Assembly: GCA_050084985.1 (NCBI GenBank) | Contig: JBITNC010000001.1 | Span: 58,838,001 to 58,902,000, forward strand | Reading direction: 5' to 3' | DNA from: Nageia nagi | Taxonomy: Eukaryota; Plantae; Pinophyta | DNA length: 64,000 nt | Shown: piece after piece, positions 39,888-53,311 of the stretch | Layout of the letters: the number at the start of each line of letters is the position of its first letter | Position numbering within the stretch: the stretch's first letter is position 1 | Made by a program: the position numbers and the translations under genes | Notes under the pieces: generated by a model | The model's input: the letters and a program-made list of their open reading frames with translations, nothing else | Told to the model about the DNA's origin: nothing | Database searches by the model: none

Positions 39888-41600
39888 GGTATAGCTTCTA
39901 GTTGGTTCTCTTATGTTGCTATTGGTGAGCCATCTTCCTTTGCTTCTTCTATGAAGGACTTGAAGGATCTTGAAAAGTTCTCCCTAACCTTGTTTGTATA
40001 ATATTCATTACATATGTCTGATTATATTGATGCATAATACACTTATGCTACTATGTTGCTATTTGGACTAATAATTGGTTGGGTTGACAACTACATGAGA
40101 GGCCTTTTTTTATGCTATTTTGTTGTTGTGGAGGGATTGCTTGAACAAAATTCTATTGAGATTGATCTGGTTAGGGTGCTAGTAACAATTGTTGTTACTA
40201 AAAGTAGGGTTTTTACATGGGTAATTGCATGGGATACATAGGATGATGCACTTGCTATGGCATTTTTTGGTAATATGGTTGCTGATAGTACTGATAATAT
40301 CCATCTTATTGTTGCAGGGTTGTTAGTAAAACTATTATTTCCTTTTATAAGGCCTATTATATTTCCCCTACTACTGATTTAAATTAAACTAGGGTTATGG
40401 CTAATTCCATTGCACCTATTATGGAGGATACTGATAACCAAATCTCCTTTCATTTAGCATATTGATATCTTCATAATCCCTAAAACCAAGATGACAAATA
40501 TTCTTAATTTAAGGTAATGTTGGGCAGTCATTTGCTTCATGAGGATCCTAATAGATGCTACATATTCTTGTTTTATTTAGGGAACATTCATTTTAAGCAT
40601 GTCCTTTTGTACATTTAGAGAAATACATAGAAAAAACTTTTCAGGCTTCTCCTTATTCTTCACTGCTATGAACTAATCCAAAGAACTAGAGAATGTAGAG
40701 AGTATATCCATTTCAAAGGATTCTAGTAGATTCTTGATCTCTTATTTTGTAATACCACTAATATTCTTGGAGTTGTTCTTTCCTATTAACCCTATAGCTT
40801 TGACAACCTTTACCTTTCTCATTGTGACTCTTGAATAGTTTTGACATAGTATTTTGTTATCATCAAGGCTAAGCTAGAATATATCCCCACCAGACATTAT
40901 ATTTAAAGCATCTAGACATTTATCTAACATAACTTTAAGAAATATTACTTTCAATGTGTCCTCAATAATTTTAGAGTGTTTGAAGCACTAAAGGCTAAAT
41001 TGAAACCTCTCAAGATAGTCCTCTAATGTCTCATCTTCTTTCTATTGTATCCTTAAAACTTCATCCTTAGTCTCCCTTCCTCTATAGTAGTCTTGATACT
41101 TTTTCAAAAAATTAGTCTTCATTGCATCCCATGTATCAATTCCTTTATTTCCAAGTCTCATAAACCATATTAGAGCCTAATATTTAAGTGTTGAAGGGAA
41201 TAATTTGAGTTTGTATGCATCTTTCATATAGTCATACATTTTACACAACACATCAAACTCAAATAAGAACACATTTAGTTCTTCATGGGGATTTGCAAAA
41301 AATGTAGGGATTATTGTAGGTGGAATTGACTTGATCTTGGTCTCATTAGTAGGAGTAATTATGGGAAACTAAAATATCACTTAATTAGCACTTGCATGAT
41401 AGTTATTATTTACCTCCCCATTATATGATGATATTCTTCCTCAAGGATTTGATCTGTTGAATTTGTCTCTTCGATGCTCTCTTCTCTTATGGTATCTTGA
41501 TAGCTGCTAATAGATTCTCCCTCAAAATTTCAAACTTGCCTTTCATTGCTTTGATTCTTCACAAATCATCCTCTTGTATCTTTGGCTCTAGGAAGAGACA
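39888..41600 (-). pseudogene. gag: gag of Athila element C (decayed)
   Basis: IPTFFANPHEELNVFLFEFDVLC; KLKLFPSTLK; WDAMKTNFLK. Confidence 0.8.
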
Positions 41601-41755
41601 TGCACTACACTAATGAAAGAAAATGATCTATTTCAAAAATACATAGGGAATAGATAAAATAAAACATTGAATTTTTCTCTTTCACCCCTCTATATTTTGA
41701 TCTAACTAATATAAACTCTATTACTTAAAATTCTACCCCAAAAATGGTGCTAAAC

Positions 41756-42903
41756 TAACAATTTTTCTTGGTGTAGATCATTTGTAAGTCAATCAAGGAA
41801 GGGGGCTTATGAAGGATTCAATAATTTATATGCACAATAGGGTTATCTTGGAAAATGCCTAATTAATTGTCTAAATCCTCAATGATACAAAGTGGGGGTT
41901 TTAACATCCTAGAAGTATTTATAGGATGATGCTAATGCTGAATCAAATAACTAAAATTAAACATAACTGGAATTGACAAAACCTAGTTATAATAGGAAAT
42001 ATGAAATAGTGTTTACAGAGAACCCAAACTATGTTAACAAGAAATTGGAAATAAATAATATGTAAATAAATATTTAAGAAAATACAACATAGATTAAGCA
42101 ATACCACACAATAGTTTATCTCCACAAGGAATAAACACTACCATAACATAAACATGATTATTCATCAAATGTAAACATATAAACTAGACTGCTAACCATT
42201 AAAGCATTCTCTTTTTGATTCAAGGGGGCCCTTCCTATGAATCTATAAGGAATGATTCAATGGATAAGAAGAAATAACTTAATGAAACTTAAGTAGAAAT
42301 ATGAATTAGAACAAGACCATTCATTTCATTACAATATATCTTTTTAGAAAATAGTTACATTATGTCATCTCTTTCAGATAACAATAAGAAGGAAGAAAAA
42401 GTAAAAACATTTACATCTCTAAGTCTATTTAAAATAAGTATTTTTCAATGGCTCCCTCCATCCATGGAGCACTACTTCAAATACATTACAATAGTAAACA
42501 TTCATCTTTCCTATTAATTATAAAATGGTTACATTTCCTCCATGATTTCATAAATGAGTGATGGTAGAATGCCACTACTCAGGCCAACACTGAATGTGAT
42601 TTATGGGTGTGATTAGTAGCTCCAAAATTAGGTATCTCCCTACCTGTAATGCTAAGATATGGGATGCTATGAATGTGATATTATGAAGTCACCAAAACTT
42701 TCCAACATTGACATAAAACAACCTATTCTTCTTTAAAATCATGTTGGCACATTAATTTGTAGGTTAGTAAAATAAACACAAATACCTATATTAATATTGA
42801 ATATTCACTTGGATTATGGGTAAAATGGAAAGGTTTAAATTATGGATTAGGGAAATGGAATGGTACTAAAAAGGATAATAACATCTAAATTCAAGATTCA
42901 TCA
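41756..42903 (-). repeat. 5' LTR of element C
   Basis: Aligns with 22659-23810; PBS at about 41736-41752. Confidence 0.9.
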
Positions 42904-43203
42904 CCCTAAATTTCAATTTGAACTTCATCTTGAAAGCCTTTATGTGAGCCAAAGGATCTCTCTCACTATTATATGTATCCAAAATAGGTTGCACTTGTAG
43001 ATTAGTGCCTTAGTATTATGAATTTCATCATATAATGGATTTAAATCCCTAAACATAGGTGGGGTAGCTCCAATGGATCGATTGTTTCCCCCAATGTTAG
43101 AGGCTTCACTTCTTTCTTCATTCCCATAAAGCATTTTCTTTAGATTAGCTTTGGTCCCCTCATAAAAACTATTTACCATGGTAGAAAACTTAGTTAGTTC
43201 CAT
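42904..43203 (-). pseudogene. gag: N-terminus of A2 gag
   Basis: ORF MELTKFSTMVNSF starts about 90 bp after the PBS and is cut by element C; gag motifs resume at 22658. Confidence 0.6.
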
Positions 43204-43312
43204 TTCTAAAATGCTTGAAATGCATGATTAGTTCTATCAAAAAACCATAGGGTTTTTAGTGCAACTAGTGAAGGATAAAGCGATGTGTCAAAAAAAAGTT
43301 AGGTTCACTAAT

Positions 43313-44034
43313 TGTTAGAACCAAAATAATAATAATTAGGGTTATTTATAGTAAATTCAATTTAAACAATTAATTATGAAATAACAATAAATTATTACTT
43401 GAAATATGAAAATGACCTAATTGACCTTGACCTACCAAATTGAATTTAAAAAATATACAAACCTATATTTTATCTATCATGATAAATGAGGGCAATATTT
43501 GATTTTTGATTAAAAGAGGATGAATGATGAGCTTTCCTAAAGAACGAAGCCACATATCCTACCTCAACCTAAATTTTGTGCTAGGATTCTAGTAGCACCA
43601 CTTGGTTCACTCTCCATATTACCTCTTCTTTTCTTTTGATATTGTTGTCTCACCTTTGATTCTTGAAATATCAATCTCCAGTGGATGGAAAAGGTTACAA
43701 AAATGCAAAGCTCAAAGTATAACAAAATCCAAAATTATAGGTGACATTAAGAAACATTGGTCAAGAATAACACAAATATGTTTCCACCTATCAAGGATTC
43801 AAGATCATTTCATAATTGCTTATGCACAACCCCTCCACCTTTATAGGTAACAGGTCTAGTGCTAAGGCTCCTCCTTAGGCTTATTATGATGTTGGGTTGA
43901 CCTATTATCATAAAACATAAAGGTAAATGAGTTTACACAAAAATAAGAGTATTTATTTAATAAAATAAATAAATCATTTCAAATACCTAAAAGGGTATTT
44001 TAATTAAATTAAAATTCTTTTTTAGGTCTTAACA
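43313..44034 (-). repeat. 5' LTR of A2 (LTR family A, copy 4)
   Basis: TGTTAG...TTAACA, with PBS-like ATTAGTGAACCTAACT (minus) next to it. Confidence 0.9.
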
Positions 44035-45740
44035 TTTTTCCTTGATAATCAATCATACTGATGCCTCTAGAGTCTCTTGGAAGGAAATAATTCTCCTAGG
44101 AAACTTTGTAGAATCCTTTATAGTCTAAATTATTGGGCCAAAAAAATTCTTATATAATTTTCTATAATTTATTATAGCAAGATTGAGAATGAACCTAGCA
44201 AGACAAGTAATACACATGGGTTGAGGCAAGCATCTTAGAGTAAAATTCAAACTTTCTTACTAGATATAACTTCTTAGAATTTCAATAGTCTAGTTTCTTT
44301 TTCAACTTCTTAGTAACATCAATCCATAATTAATAAGGTGATCCTTAAAAAGCAAAGGGGATACTGAGGAATTTAAATACTTTTAATGGAAGATCCAATA
44401 TAATTAAAATTGCTCCAAATATGGGGACATGGGAAGTGGAGACTACCTATAACATGATATATTATACTATTAAATACTAGAACTAGAGGCTTTTGTAGAA
44501 AATATTTGGAAAATTAAAGTCTTCATAAATAGGTTGATTATTATACATCAAAGTACATAATGAATCATTTGAAAAATATCCATTTATGAGTTTCCCTTGA
44601 TTATTAGGAAGAGAAATTCCTTGAAGAACAACAATAGAGAATTGTTTTGCAAGTAAATACCTAAATGATTTTATTGCTAATATATATAAAGAAGGTGTCA
44701 AGGGACAACTTTGTATGATAGATCTATGTATCCCAATTACTTTAGTTTCAAAATTATTGAGAGATAATAAAACTAAAGCATAAAATAACATTCATATATT
44801 ATGGATAATTGAGATCCAAATCCTAAAGCCTTATGCATGGATAAAATAAAAAAAAACATTCTATATAATCATAAATTTTTTTCATAATCAATCTTTATGA
44901 AGAGAGCATATTGGTTTCAAATTTAGGCCCATTTCATGCCTTCTTAGACTTCCAAGACATTGTCAAGGATAAATCTACTTTTAATAACACTTGTTTGTCC
45001 AAGTTTGATAATTAGTGATAACAAGGGCTTAAGACACATATCTAGAGCTTTGGAAATTATCTTCTAGTGTATATTCAAAATAGTGGTAGGTCTCTAATTG
45101 ATAATAACCTTAGGGTCATCTTGCTTAGGAATAAACTTGATATTATATTTATTGATAATTGGTCACAAAGAACCAATTTTGAAGGCTTCAAGATAGACCT
45201 TATGAAGATTAGAGACAAGAAAATCCTATCATGCTTTGTAAAATTCAAATGGAAATTCAACTAGACTTGGTGATTTTTCATTCAACATATGGAAGAGATC
45301 ATAAACTAAATCATCAATAGACATACATTTTTCACATCATTATCATAAAGAAGAAGAGACTTTAACATGTACTACCAATAAACAAATTTGAAATATGTGT
45401 TCCCTCTTTGTAGTATTAGCTTGGTAGCAAACACTTGGGTATAATGTTGGGTGAAAGCTTTAGAATTTTTGAACATTGAAGTAAATTCAATCCCATTTTA
45501 TTGAATGGATTTGAATTTAGTAGACTAATAAGGTGTTTTAAAGCTTTTAAAAGATTTCCTTGGTGACTTTATTCCCAACCTTCAACCAGTGAAGTTAGGT
45601 TTTTATATATGCTCCTTTGGCTTATGGTGGATGTGGATAGCTTGGACCCAAAGAGAAGCACTTAAAGGATCAAACTTGAGCTAGATAGTTGCTTAAGATA
45701 GATCATACCTAAAAAAAGAGATGGAATGTATTTGAAATTT
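44035..45740 (-). mobile_element. L1 LINE (LINE-a), RT part of ORF2
   Basis: RSIIQSCPLTPSLYILA (RQGCPLSP), NGYFSNDSL (FADD) and ISKALD motifs. Confidence 0.8.
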
Positions 45741-45913
45741 AGCCACTTGATTAAAACAAATACTTAAAATTTTTATGAAAAGACTTTTCTCAAGTATGTG
45801 AAGAAAAAATAAAAAATGTTTATCTATCTTAGTTATTAATTTTAAATATTTATTTATTAAAAAAATCTATTATTAAATAATGATATTAGCAAAACTCTTC
45901 AAACGTGTGCCAA

Positions 45914-45917
45914 AATA

Positions 45918-45953
<36 letters not shown>
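45914..45953. repeat. (AAT)n microsatellite
   Basis: Directly visible. Confidence 0.92.
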
Positions 45954-45956
<3 letters not shown>

Positions 45957-46129
45957 TTAATTTGAAACTAATGAGTAAAGCAACAAAATGAGTGGCTTAA
46001 AGTATTTACATATAAAAATACTTTCATCCTATAAAATATTAGTACTCTATTTATCATATGATATTGAAATTGTGATATGTTATCTTCTTACTTAAATGTT
46101 TCAAGAACCTAAGGTTTAAAATTGTAAGT

Positions 46130-49100
46130 CAAGATTTCCCTGCATGCATGTACTATCCTTTAGGGTTCTTATTTTTTTATGTCAAATTGCATTAATCTCT
46201 TAGAATTTTTGCAAGATATTTTTTGTTCTAACACAACTATGCATTTACACCACCTAGGATTTTATCTTTTCCTTTATGTATGGATGCCTCACATAATGGC
46301 ACTTAATATTTGTATGAAGTTGTTAGAGTGGAGGATGGCATTGAGAAAGCACTCATGTAAGTTTCTAAAGAAAGTGGTACATGAGATAATTTGTTATGCC
46401 TTAAGCTTGTATTCCTATGGAAGAATTTCAATATCTTTATCAATGGATTTATTCACACACCTAGTGGGTTATTTCCTTGGTCAAATCCCAAATGAAACTA
46501 TGTTTTGCACCTAGGTTAGCCATGTTTGGAGTCTGTATGGATTCAAAGTTGAAAATATGCAAAATCTTACTAATGGATTCTTTTTCTTTTTTGCTTGTGT
46601 AATTCTTCACGTGCTCAAAATGTTCTTAGAAAATATCACTAGATAGTTTGTAATTCTATCTTGGTCTTGCAACCTTATAGTATTGGGTTTAATGCAAAGA
46701 ATAAAGGTGTTATCGATGTTCTTATCTGGGTTGAGTTCCTTGGTCCTCCTATTCCCCTATGAAATTTTTTGGATATTTTAGCTAAGTGCATTGGTCAATT
46801 TGCATGTTTCAAACCTTAATGTTTCTTCTTAGCTTAATCATCTTGAAGATTCTATGTTAAAGTTGATTTAACTTGTGACCTTTGAAAGTTCATAGATATC
46901 AACATTAGTGAAGATTATCTACGTAAAAAGGTGGATTTTATTAGGCTCTTGAATACATGTTACTATTGTTAGTCCTCTGACCATAATATTCATGTTTTCC
47001 TACTCATGTTGGGTAGGTTCAAAGAGAAACCCTCAATTTCTCCCTCTTCATTTTTTAATCTAGCCCCTTCTAATAAATGTGGTTAAGAAGAATAAAACAC
47101 AATTAGGAATCACCACTCTACATAACAAGAAATGATTGACGTTACTCATCATCCTAAACCTATGGTAATTTTAAACTTGCAACCTTCTCAACTTGAAAAT
47201 GTTATTCAGCCACCTTTGATAATCAACCCTGCTCTAGTGTCGGATCTTGAACCTCTAGTGAATTCTATTTGGTTTATCCCTATATTTTCTTCCATTGTTG
47301 TAATGCCTCTTATAATTCTTGGAGTGGAGGATACCTATGGAGATAGATTTTATCACCCTCACAGTTTATAGAGAGGCATTTACATTGGGCATATGGTGAA
47401 ACAAAGGAAGGTGGGCACTTCACAAGATTATAGTAATTCATTTGGATCCTTGAATATTTTTGTAGATTCAAAGGATGTTATGAAGCTTCAAAATCATGAC
47501 ATTTCTCAATGATATTCTTCTCATTAAATGTAAAGGGGTTGATGTACCTAGCCTATAAGTATATGATCTAGAGTGAGCTTGATGATATCACTCACTCTTT
47601 TGGCATGTTGGATTTTCTCTCTTTACAAGAAGTTAAAATTATTGACTTTATCCTACAATGTACCTATGCTTTTCTCTGTCCATAAGGCCCCTATTTTCAT
47701 ACCAATCATTCCATTGGGAAATGGTATGTCATGACTTTCATTTCTCCTAAATAGAAGTCTAATGTGGTATATTAGGATGTTGACACTTCCAATCATGTTG
47801 GTTAGGTGTTACTCAAAGTTTTTGGTAAAAATTTTAGAATTATTAATATTTCTAGTTCCAATGATTCTGATGATAGAAGAGACTTGTGGCGATGGCTCAC
47901 TTTTTCTCTTCCTTTCACAACTTTGAATTTATACAAGGATTTCAACATAGTTGAAAAACCCTACAACAAGAAAATTCTAACCCCTATGCAATGAAATTTG
48001 GATGAGAGAAAATATTGGTTTTTCATGAAAAATAAACTTAGCATGTTTGACCCCAATATCAATTTTTCCCCTATTGAATTTCTTGAAGCTAAATGGTTTA
48101 TTTGGTCTAATTTAAAAACCAATGCTAATAGAGCTCTCAAATGGGTAGAATAGGATATGTTATCTGAAATTGATATCTTTCATTTTGACAAATGTTCCCT
48201 TGCTTTTCCCTTTATTTTTATTTCTTTTGATACTATTATGTATGACCATGCCCCCATTCTTTTTGTTGTGTCACATGATCAAGCTCTTGTCAAGGTTTTC
48301 CAATCTCAATTTTATTTGAACACCTCTTTACTACATCATCCTTCTATGAGATTTCATACGAATCGAATATTGAACTCAGTCCCTGTACCAACTAGTTCTA
48401 CTAATTGGATTTAATGGTGGGATAATTCTATTATTTGAACCACTAAAGTCCTTCACACCCTTGATATGGAATTTACTATGACAAGATACAAATATAACCA
48501 GGATGTGAAAGCAAATCTTCCTTGTACCATGAGGAGTCTTGAGTCCAATCCTTTTAGTGCCCCTACTTAGGCATATGTTGGTTCTGTTTGTCATGAAATC
48601 AAGAAAGTTAATCTTTATGATGCCAAGGGAGCTCAACTTCACACTTGTTTTAATTGGATTAATGTTGGGGATAAGGTATTTAAAGAGTTCTTTAAGTGCC
48701 TTTTTCCTCCCATAAATGTGTCTCAATTTCAATTTATTTAGTTAGATGGAGTTCACCTTACCTCTCTTTTGGATATCATTTCAACCTTTATTCTTCATTA
48801 CCAGAAGGTTTTTGCCTCTTAGCCTCTTACACCTATTCGTTAGCAAGTCTTGGATGAGTTTTATGTTGTTATACCTCTTAAGATTTCTCAAGCTCATAGG
48901 GAAAATTATGATACTCCTTTATCCTTAAAGAATTTGAAGTTTTCCCTTTCTCATATGGCTAATGAAAAATCTCCTAGTATTGATGGTTTTCCCTATGAGT
49001 TTTATTAAAATTATGGGATATAATTGGATTGTACCTTCTTTAGTTTTATATAGAAGTTATGATCTTTGGAATTTTGGACCCAATGATAAACAAATGTAAT

Positions 49101-50711
49101 ATAAAATTCATACCCAAGCTTGGAGATCTTCAATGTATTACCAATTGGCACCTAATTACTCTTTTGGATGTTAGTTATCAAATCATTTCAAAAGCTTTAG
49201 TTCTAAAGTTAAGTCCTATGAGACCTTTGTTTATTCAACTAGAGAAAATAGGTTTTATTAAAGGCTGATATATTTTGTACTATGTTATAGCTATGTGGGA
49301 AAGTATCGAATGAGCATGTTCTTTAGATCAAGATGTTTTGTTCATTAAAATTGACTTTAAGAAGGATTATGATAAGATTGAATGGTATTTCATTACTACC
49401 ATATTTTTAGCTCTTGGTTTTGTCCCATATTTTATTTCTTCTATGAAGATGCTATTTAGAGATGCTTTTATTATTCTTACCATGAATGACTCTTAATTTG
49501 AAAGTATTTCTTTAGCTCACTCTATTTTCCAAGGATTCCTTGTAACACCCTCCTTATTTATCCTATCTACAAAAGCTTTTAGTTACCTTCTTGTGCATCA
49601 AGCCTCTCAAAATCTAATTAAAGAAATTTCCCTTCCTAATTATTAGGTGTAGCTCTTGAAAGGCCATTTTTTTGATGATTCATTTCTTACTCTTTAAGAA
49701 GATAAGAAATCTATGGTTAATGCGTTAAAATGCTTGGATACATTTTATCATGCCTTGGTTCCAATATCTAATTGGAAAAACCTTCTTTTTACAAGCAATA
49801 TATGCATCTTCTCTTGGCTTTCTTTATTCCCTTATAAATGGATCCAAAATGGAGAGGTATTTAGTTTTTTACAAATCCCTTTTTCTTTTCAAGCTTCTCC
49901 TTCTCAACTCTATAATTTTGTAGTTCAAAAGGTTGATAAAAAGTTGACTTATTAGGGATACCAAGAAATTATCTTTAGCTAGGAAGTTTCAAAAATGCTC
50001 AAAAGCCCTTGATTATACCCATGTGTATTACTCTTCTTGTTAGGTCCCTTCCAAATGATGTTACCAAAAGTTAGAAAAGCTCTTGAGGGATTTCATTTAG
50101 GCTTATAATATTCACAAAAGAGGCTTTTTATAGAGTTTCTTAAGACATTTTTTTTCTTCTTGGGTGGCTTGTGTAATTGGCCTATTTGATTATCAAATTT
50201 AGGGTTTTTCTCTATGGGTGAAGTGGATTATGAGAGCTTTGGATGGGGATCAATATTAAAATATTAATTTTCTTCACTGTATTTCTTCAGGTCTTCCCTT
50301 TAGAAAAAATGTTTCGAAAGGGTTAAGTTTTCAAACCCTCCTCACTACTCTAATTACTATTAAAATCTCAAGATATTTTGATATTAAGAGTATTTGGAAG
50401 GAATAGGAATCTCTTAAGCCTTGAATTACTTGGCATATATATAATATGTTGGTAGGAGCTTATCTAGTGGGTTCGAGCTATATGTTTTCATAAGAAAGGA
50501 ATTGATTCTCTTTAACATTTTTTTATTTCTAAACAAGGAATTGGTACTCTATAGAATTTTTTCAAAGAATTTATGGCCTCAAAATAGATGATAAAGATAC
50601 CTTTGATGTGGTTGTGGATAGGGCACCTTTCTCTATTTTGAATAAAATCAGTAATCATTTTCAAAAGCCATGGTGGTATGACTAGTTCTAGTTAAAAAAC
50701 ATGAACCTTGT
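46130..50711 (+). mobile_element. L1 LINE (LINE-b): ORF1 (DUF4283 and CCHC) and ORF2 (endonuclease and RT); 3'-truncated, decayed
   Basis: LIWVEFLGPP and CYYC*SSDH (ORF1); SLNVKGL, LSLQEVK, DFNIVE, YDHAPI (EN); KSPSIDGFP, NWHLITLLDVSYQIISKAL, IKIDFKKDYDKIEW, FFDDS (RT). Confidence 0.88.
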
Positions 50712-52186
50712 ATGATTAATTACCCCTTCCAAGTGTGGAAGTAACTTAGTGTAGATTCTTTTACCAGATTAATGTAATGAAGTAAGAAAAAGAAAAGTTC
50801 ATTTATTCTTTCCCCATCACATCCATTTTGGTCACCTTAGATTGCTTTTTAGAATAAAGGGAGAGCATAAGTGGAGAAGATAGAAAACCATTAAGTAAAT
50901 TAGCTTATTTGTTTGTATGATCTCTTCCCAAACAAATAAGAAATAAATATACTTTTGAGAATTAAACAAATAAACATAAAAAATAATGCATGTTCTTATT
51001 GATATTCAATACCCTACCCTATACGTATTATGAGCATAGGGATCACAAATAAGATGTTTAGTTTTGATCCTCAATCTTAATTCCTAAGTTATGCTTATGG
51101 TATTGAAAATAATAAAAATTAGACCTTCTATTCTAAATTACTAGAATTTTGACATAGTCACTGAATCTGATATGCAGTCACTCGTGATTCTACAACTCAA
51201 ACTTGGAAAAATATAGAACATAAAGAATGAAATCAACCTTACTACTACACAAAACAAACTTACAAAAACAACATAAAGATATGAAAAACCTCCTACATCT
51301 TGTCACTAATGTTGTTTGCATGCAAGGGGCCCTCCTTCTAGTGCCAAAATGTTGTACTCAAAAAGTAACCATGTTAGCAAACAAGACAAGACATTTCATG
51401 ACCAATATTTTTCTTTATTACTCATGAATAGAACTCAATGATGTAATTACAAATTTGTTTTTATTTGTTTCCTTGCATAAAGAATTTTTTCAAAATAATA
51501 TTTGGCCTTTGTAGGCTATTTTCAATGTCTACAAGCCTAAAAAATTATCTTCTGAAACTTGCAAAAAATCTAGATATCTTTATTCTCTTCAATTCTTTTT
51601 TGGATTTGTCTATTCAATTTTGTTGCTCTACACATGTACCCTGCACACATGTGAATAGAAAAAATATAAAACATAAATGTTCATATCATGAGATAAGCAT
51701 TAAAAATGAAGATAAACAAGCATGTGAATACTTGAAACATTGACATATTAATCTCTATAAACTTAGATGTGTTTTGAAAGAGTAACCTTACTTTCAAATT
51801 GGATCCCTTACTTCATTATAGAAGGCATTATTTATAGGTTTCAAAAATAGGAAAAGTTTCCAATTTTGAAACAAAAATTAGGATAGAAAAGCCTATCTAA
51901 CTTTATCATGGCTATGATTCGAAGCTGATATGTGCAGGATGGATGATGAGTCATCTGTTATCCCTTGATTTCTTCCCAAGAAGCTTCAAGAGTTATTGTT
52001 TTTATTTTGCTTTTTCCAATTAAGAGTTGCTAGCATTTAGGTATCGGATGCCAACATTTGACCTTATTCATGAATAATTAAATTTGGACACTAGTGATTG
52101 GTAGACTATAGGAAACTTTTTAATTTTACTTTAATTTTTTTAACTCCTTCACTTGTCGAAAGAAGGGTTATTTTTGGGTGTCTATA
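50712..52186 (-). mobile_element. Element E: 5' fragment of a Tat-type LTR element (LTR 51350-52186, PBS 51330-51346, leader)
   Basis: On the minus strand the LTR starts TATAGACACCC (decayed TGTAG), ends CAACA and is followed by TGGCACTAGAAGGAGGG, a Tat-type PBS. Confidence 0.65.
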
Positions 52187-52740
52187 CTTTTGGGTATTTA
52201 TAAATGTCACTTATTGAGAATGGAATCTTATTATTACTTAAGAAAATATCTATTATCCATATTCATGATTATATGCTTGGTTCCATTTATCATCATATCT
52301 ATTATCATTGTATCATGTTGGTAGAACTTATTCTATTAGAATGCTAGCACTCATGATAAAGTGCACACCCATGTTGAAGTGCGCACTTGCATTGAGTTTT
52401 TTGAGCCTAGTGCCCATGCTAGGATTCTTTCTGCTATTGGTCATGGCATTCACATAAGAAGATCATTCTCTTTGAAAATTGCATCCAATATATTTTTAGT
52501 CTCCACACAAGTAAGGACACAAAAGTATTTATCTTACACTTGATTCCATTTCTTTAGTGTGTGTATTCATTTTACATCCTAACATCAATGTCATTCATAA
52601 TTCTATCTCTGCATTGCTATTTCTATTTATTCATGTATGTTTATTTAAGTTAAATAACTTAGATATTATGTACTTAAATATTTATGTGTATTTAGTTCAT
52701 TTAGGCCAAAATCTTAGGTGGACCAAAACAAATATCAACA
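52187..52740 (+). repeat. Repeat B, second copy (LTR-like, ends TATCAACA)
   Basis: Inverted match to 3268-3689 plus 11724-11840, continuous across the A1 insertion site. Confidence 0.75.
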
Positions 52741-52964
52741 AGATCTTTAAGAAAGGTATGCATTATAACTAATGTTTATAAATAAAGAATGGACCTATCT
52801 TCTTGGATTTAATAAAAACTCTTTACTCATCCACACTATGCCATTATTTCACCTTGGAAATGGATTGAAATGATCCAAAATATAATAATTGCATTGGATA
52901 GGATAAATAGCTTGTTAATTGTGCAATAACCTTCACTAGCTTTATCTCTTATCCTCAATCTTAA

Positions 52965-53310
52965 TTGTGAACATAGTTAAGTTGTACATTGGAATTCTTT
53001 GCAATCTTGTAATGAGAAAATATCCTTGAATTATTCAAATTTCTTTATCCATACCTATTGAGAAGACCTGGTGATTGATTAACCATTTTAAATTCTTTAT
53101 TATCTATGTCCAAAATAGATGTAATCTTAATCAAACTTTCCAACACAAGAATAATTATCTTGTACTTCTTTCCTAAAGGAAATTTTGCTTCCATGATGGA
53201 TGCCCTCATAAATATCTGCATTATGTGTAGCAACATAATTGATGATGCATATTGAATGTTATGCTCTACAAGAATCTTTCCATCTTCCAACTAATTACCT
53301 TTGAATAATA
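52965..53310 (-). pseudogene. Decayed tandem ubiquitin-like domain ORF
   Basis: One frame reads LFKGN*LEDGKILVEHNIQYASSIMLLH-IMQIFMR...KIIILVLES...YG*RNLNNSRIFSHYKIAKNSNVQL. Ubiquitin reads [33 protein letters not shown]...KTITLEVES. Confidence 0.7.
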
Positions 53311-53311
53311 A

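Larger units (their letters stand above)
22659..42903 (-). mobile_element. Element C: Athila-type Ty3/gypsy retrotransposon with an extra env-like ORF, interrupted by Copia D1
   Basis: Roughly 1150 bp LTRs and near-TSD ACCTA/CCCTA. PBS on the minus strand TAGCACCATTTTTGGGG (decayed TGGCGCCGTTGCCGGGG). Athila-type pre-LTR motif CTCAAGGACAAGCAA...AGTTGGGGGAA. Confidence 0.88.
15203..44034 (-). mobile_element. Element A2: formerly autonomous Tat-clade Ty3/gypsy retrotransposon (gag-PR-RT-RH-aRH-INT), interrupted by Athila element C
   Basis: Family-A LTRs at both ends, PPT, PBS-like site and near-TSD CTTTT/TTTTT. An additional archaeal-type RNase H lies between RT/RH and INT, which is diagnostic of Tat lineages. 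Confidence 0.85.
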
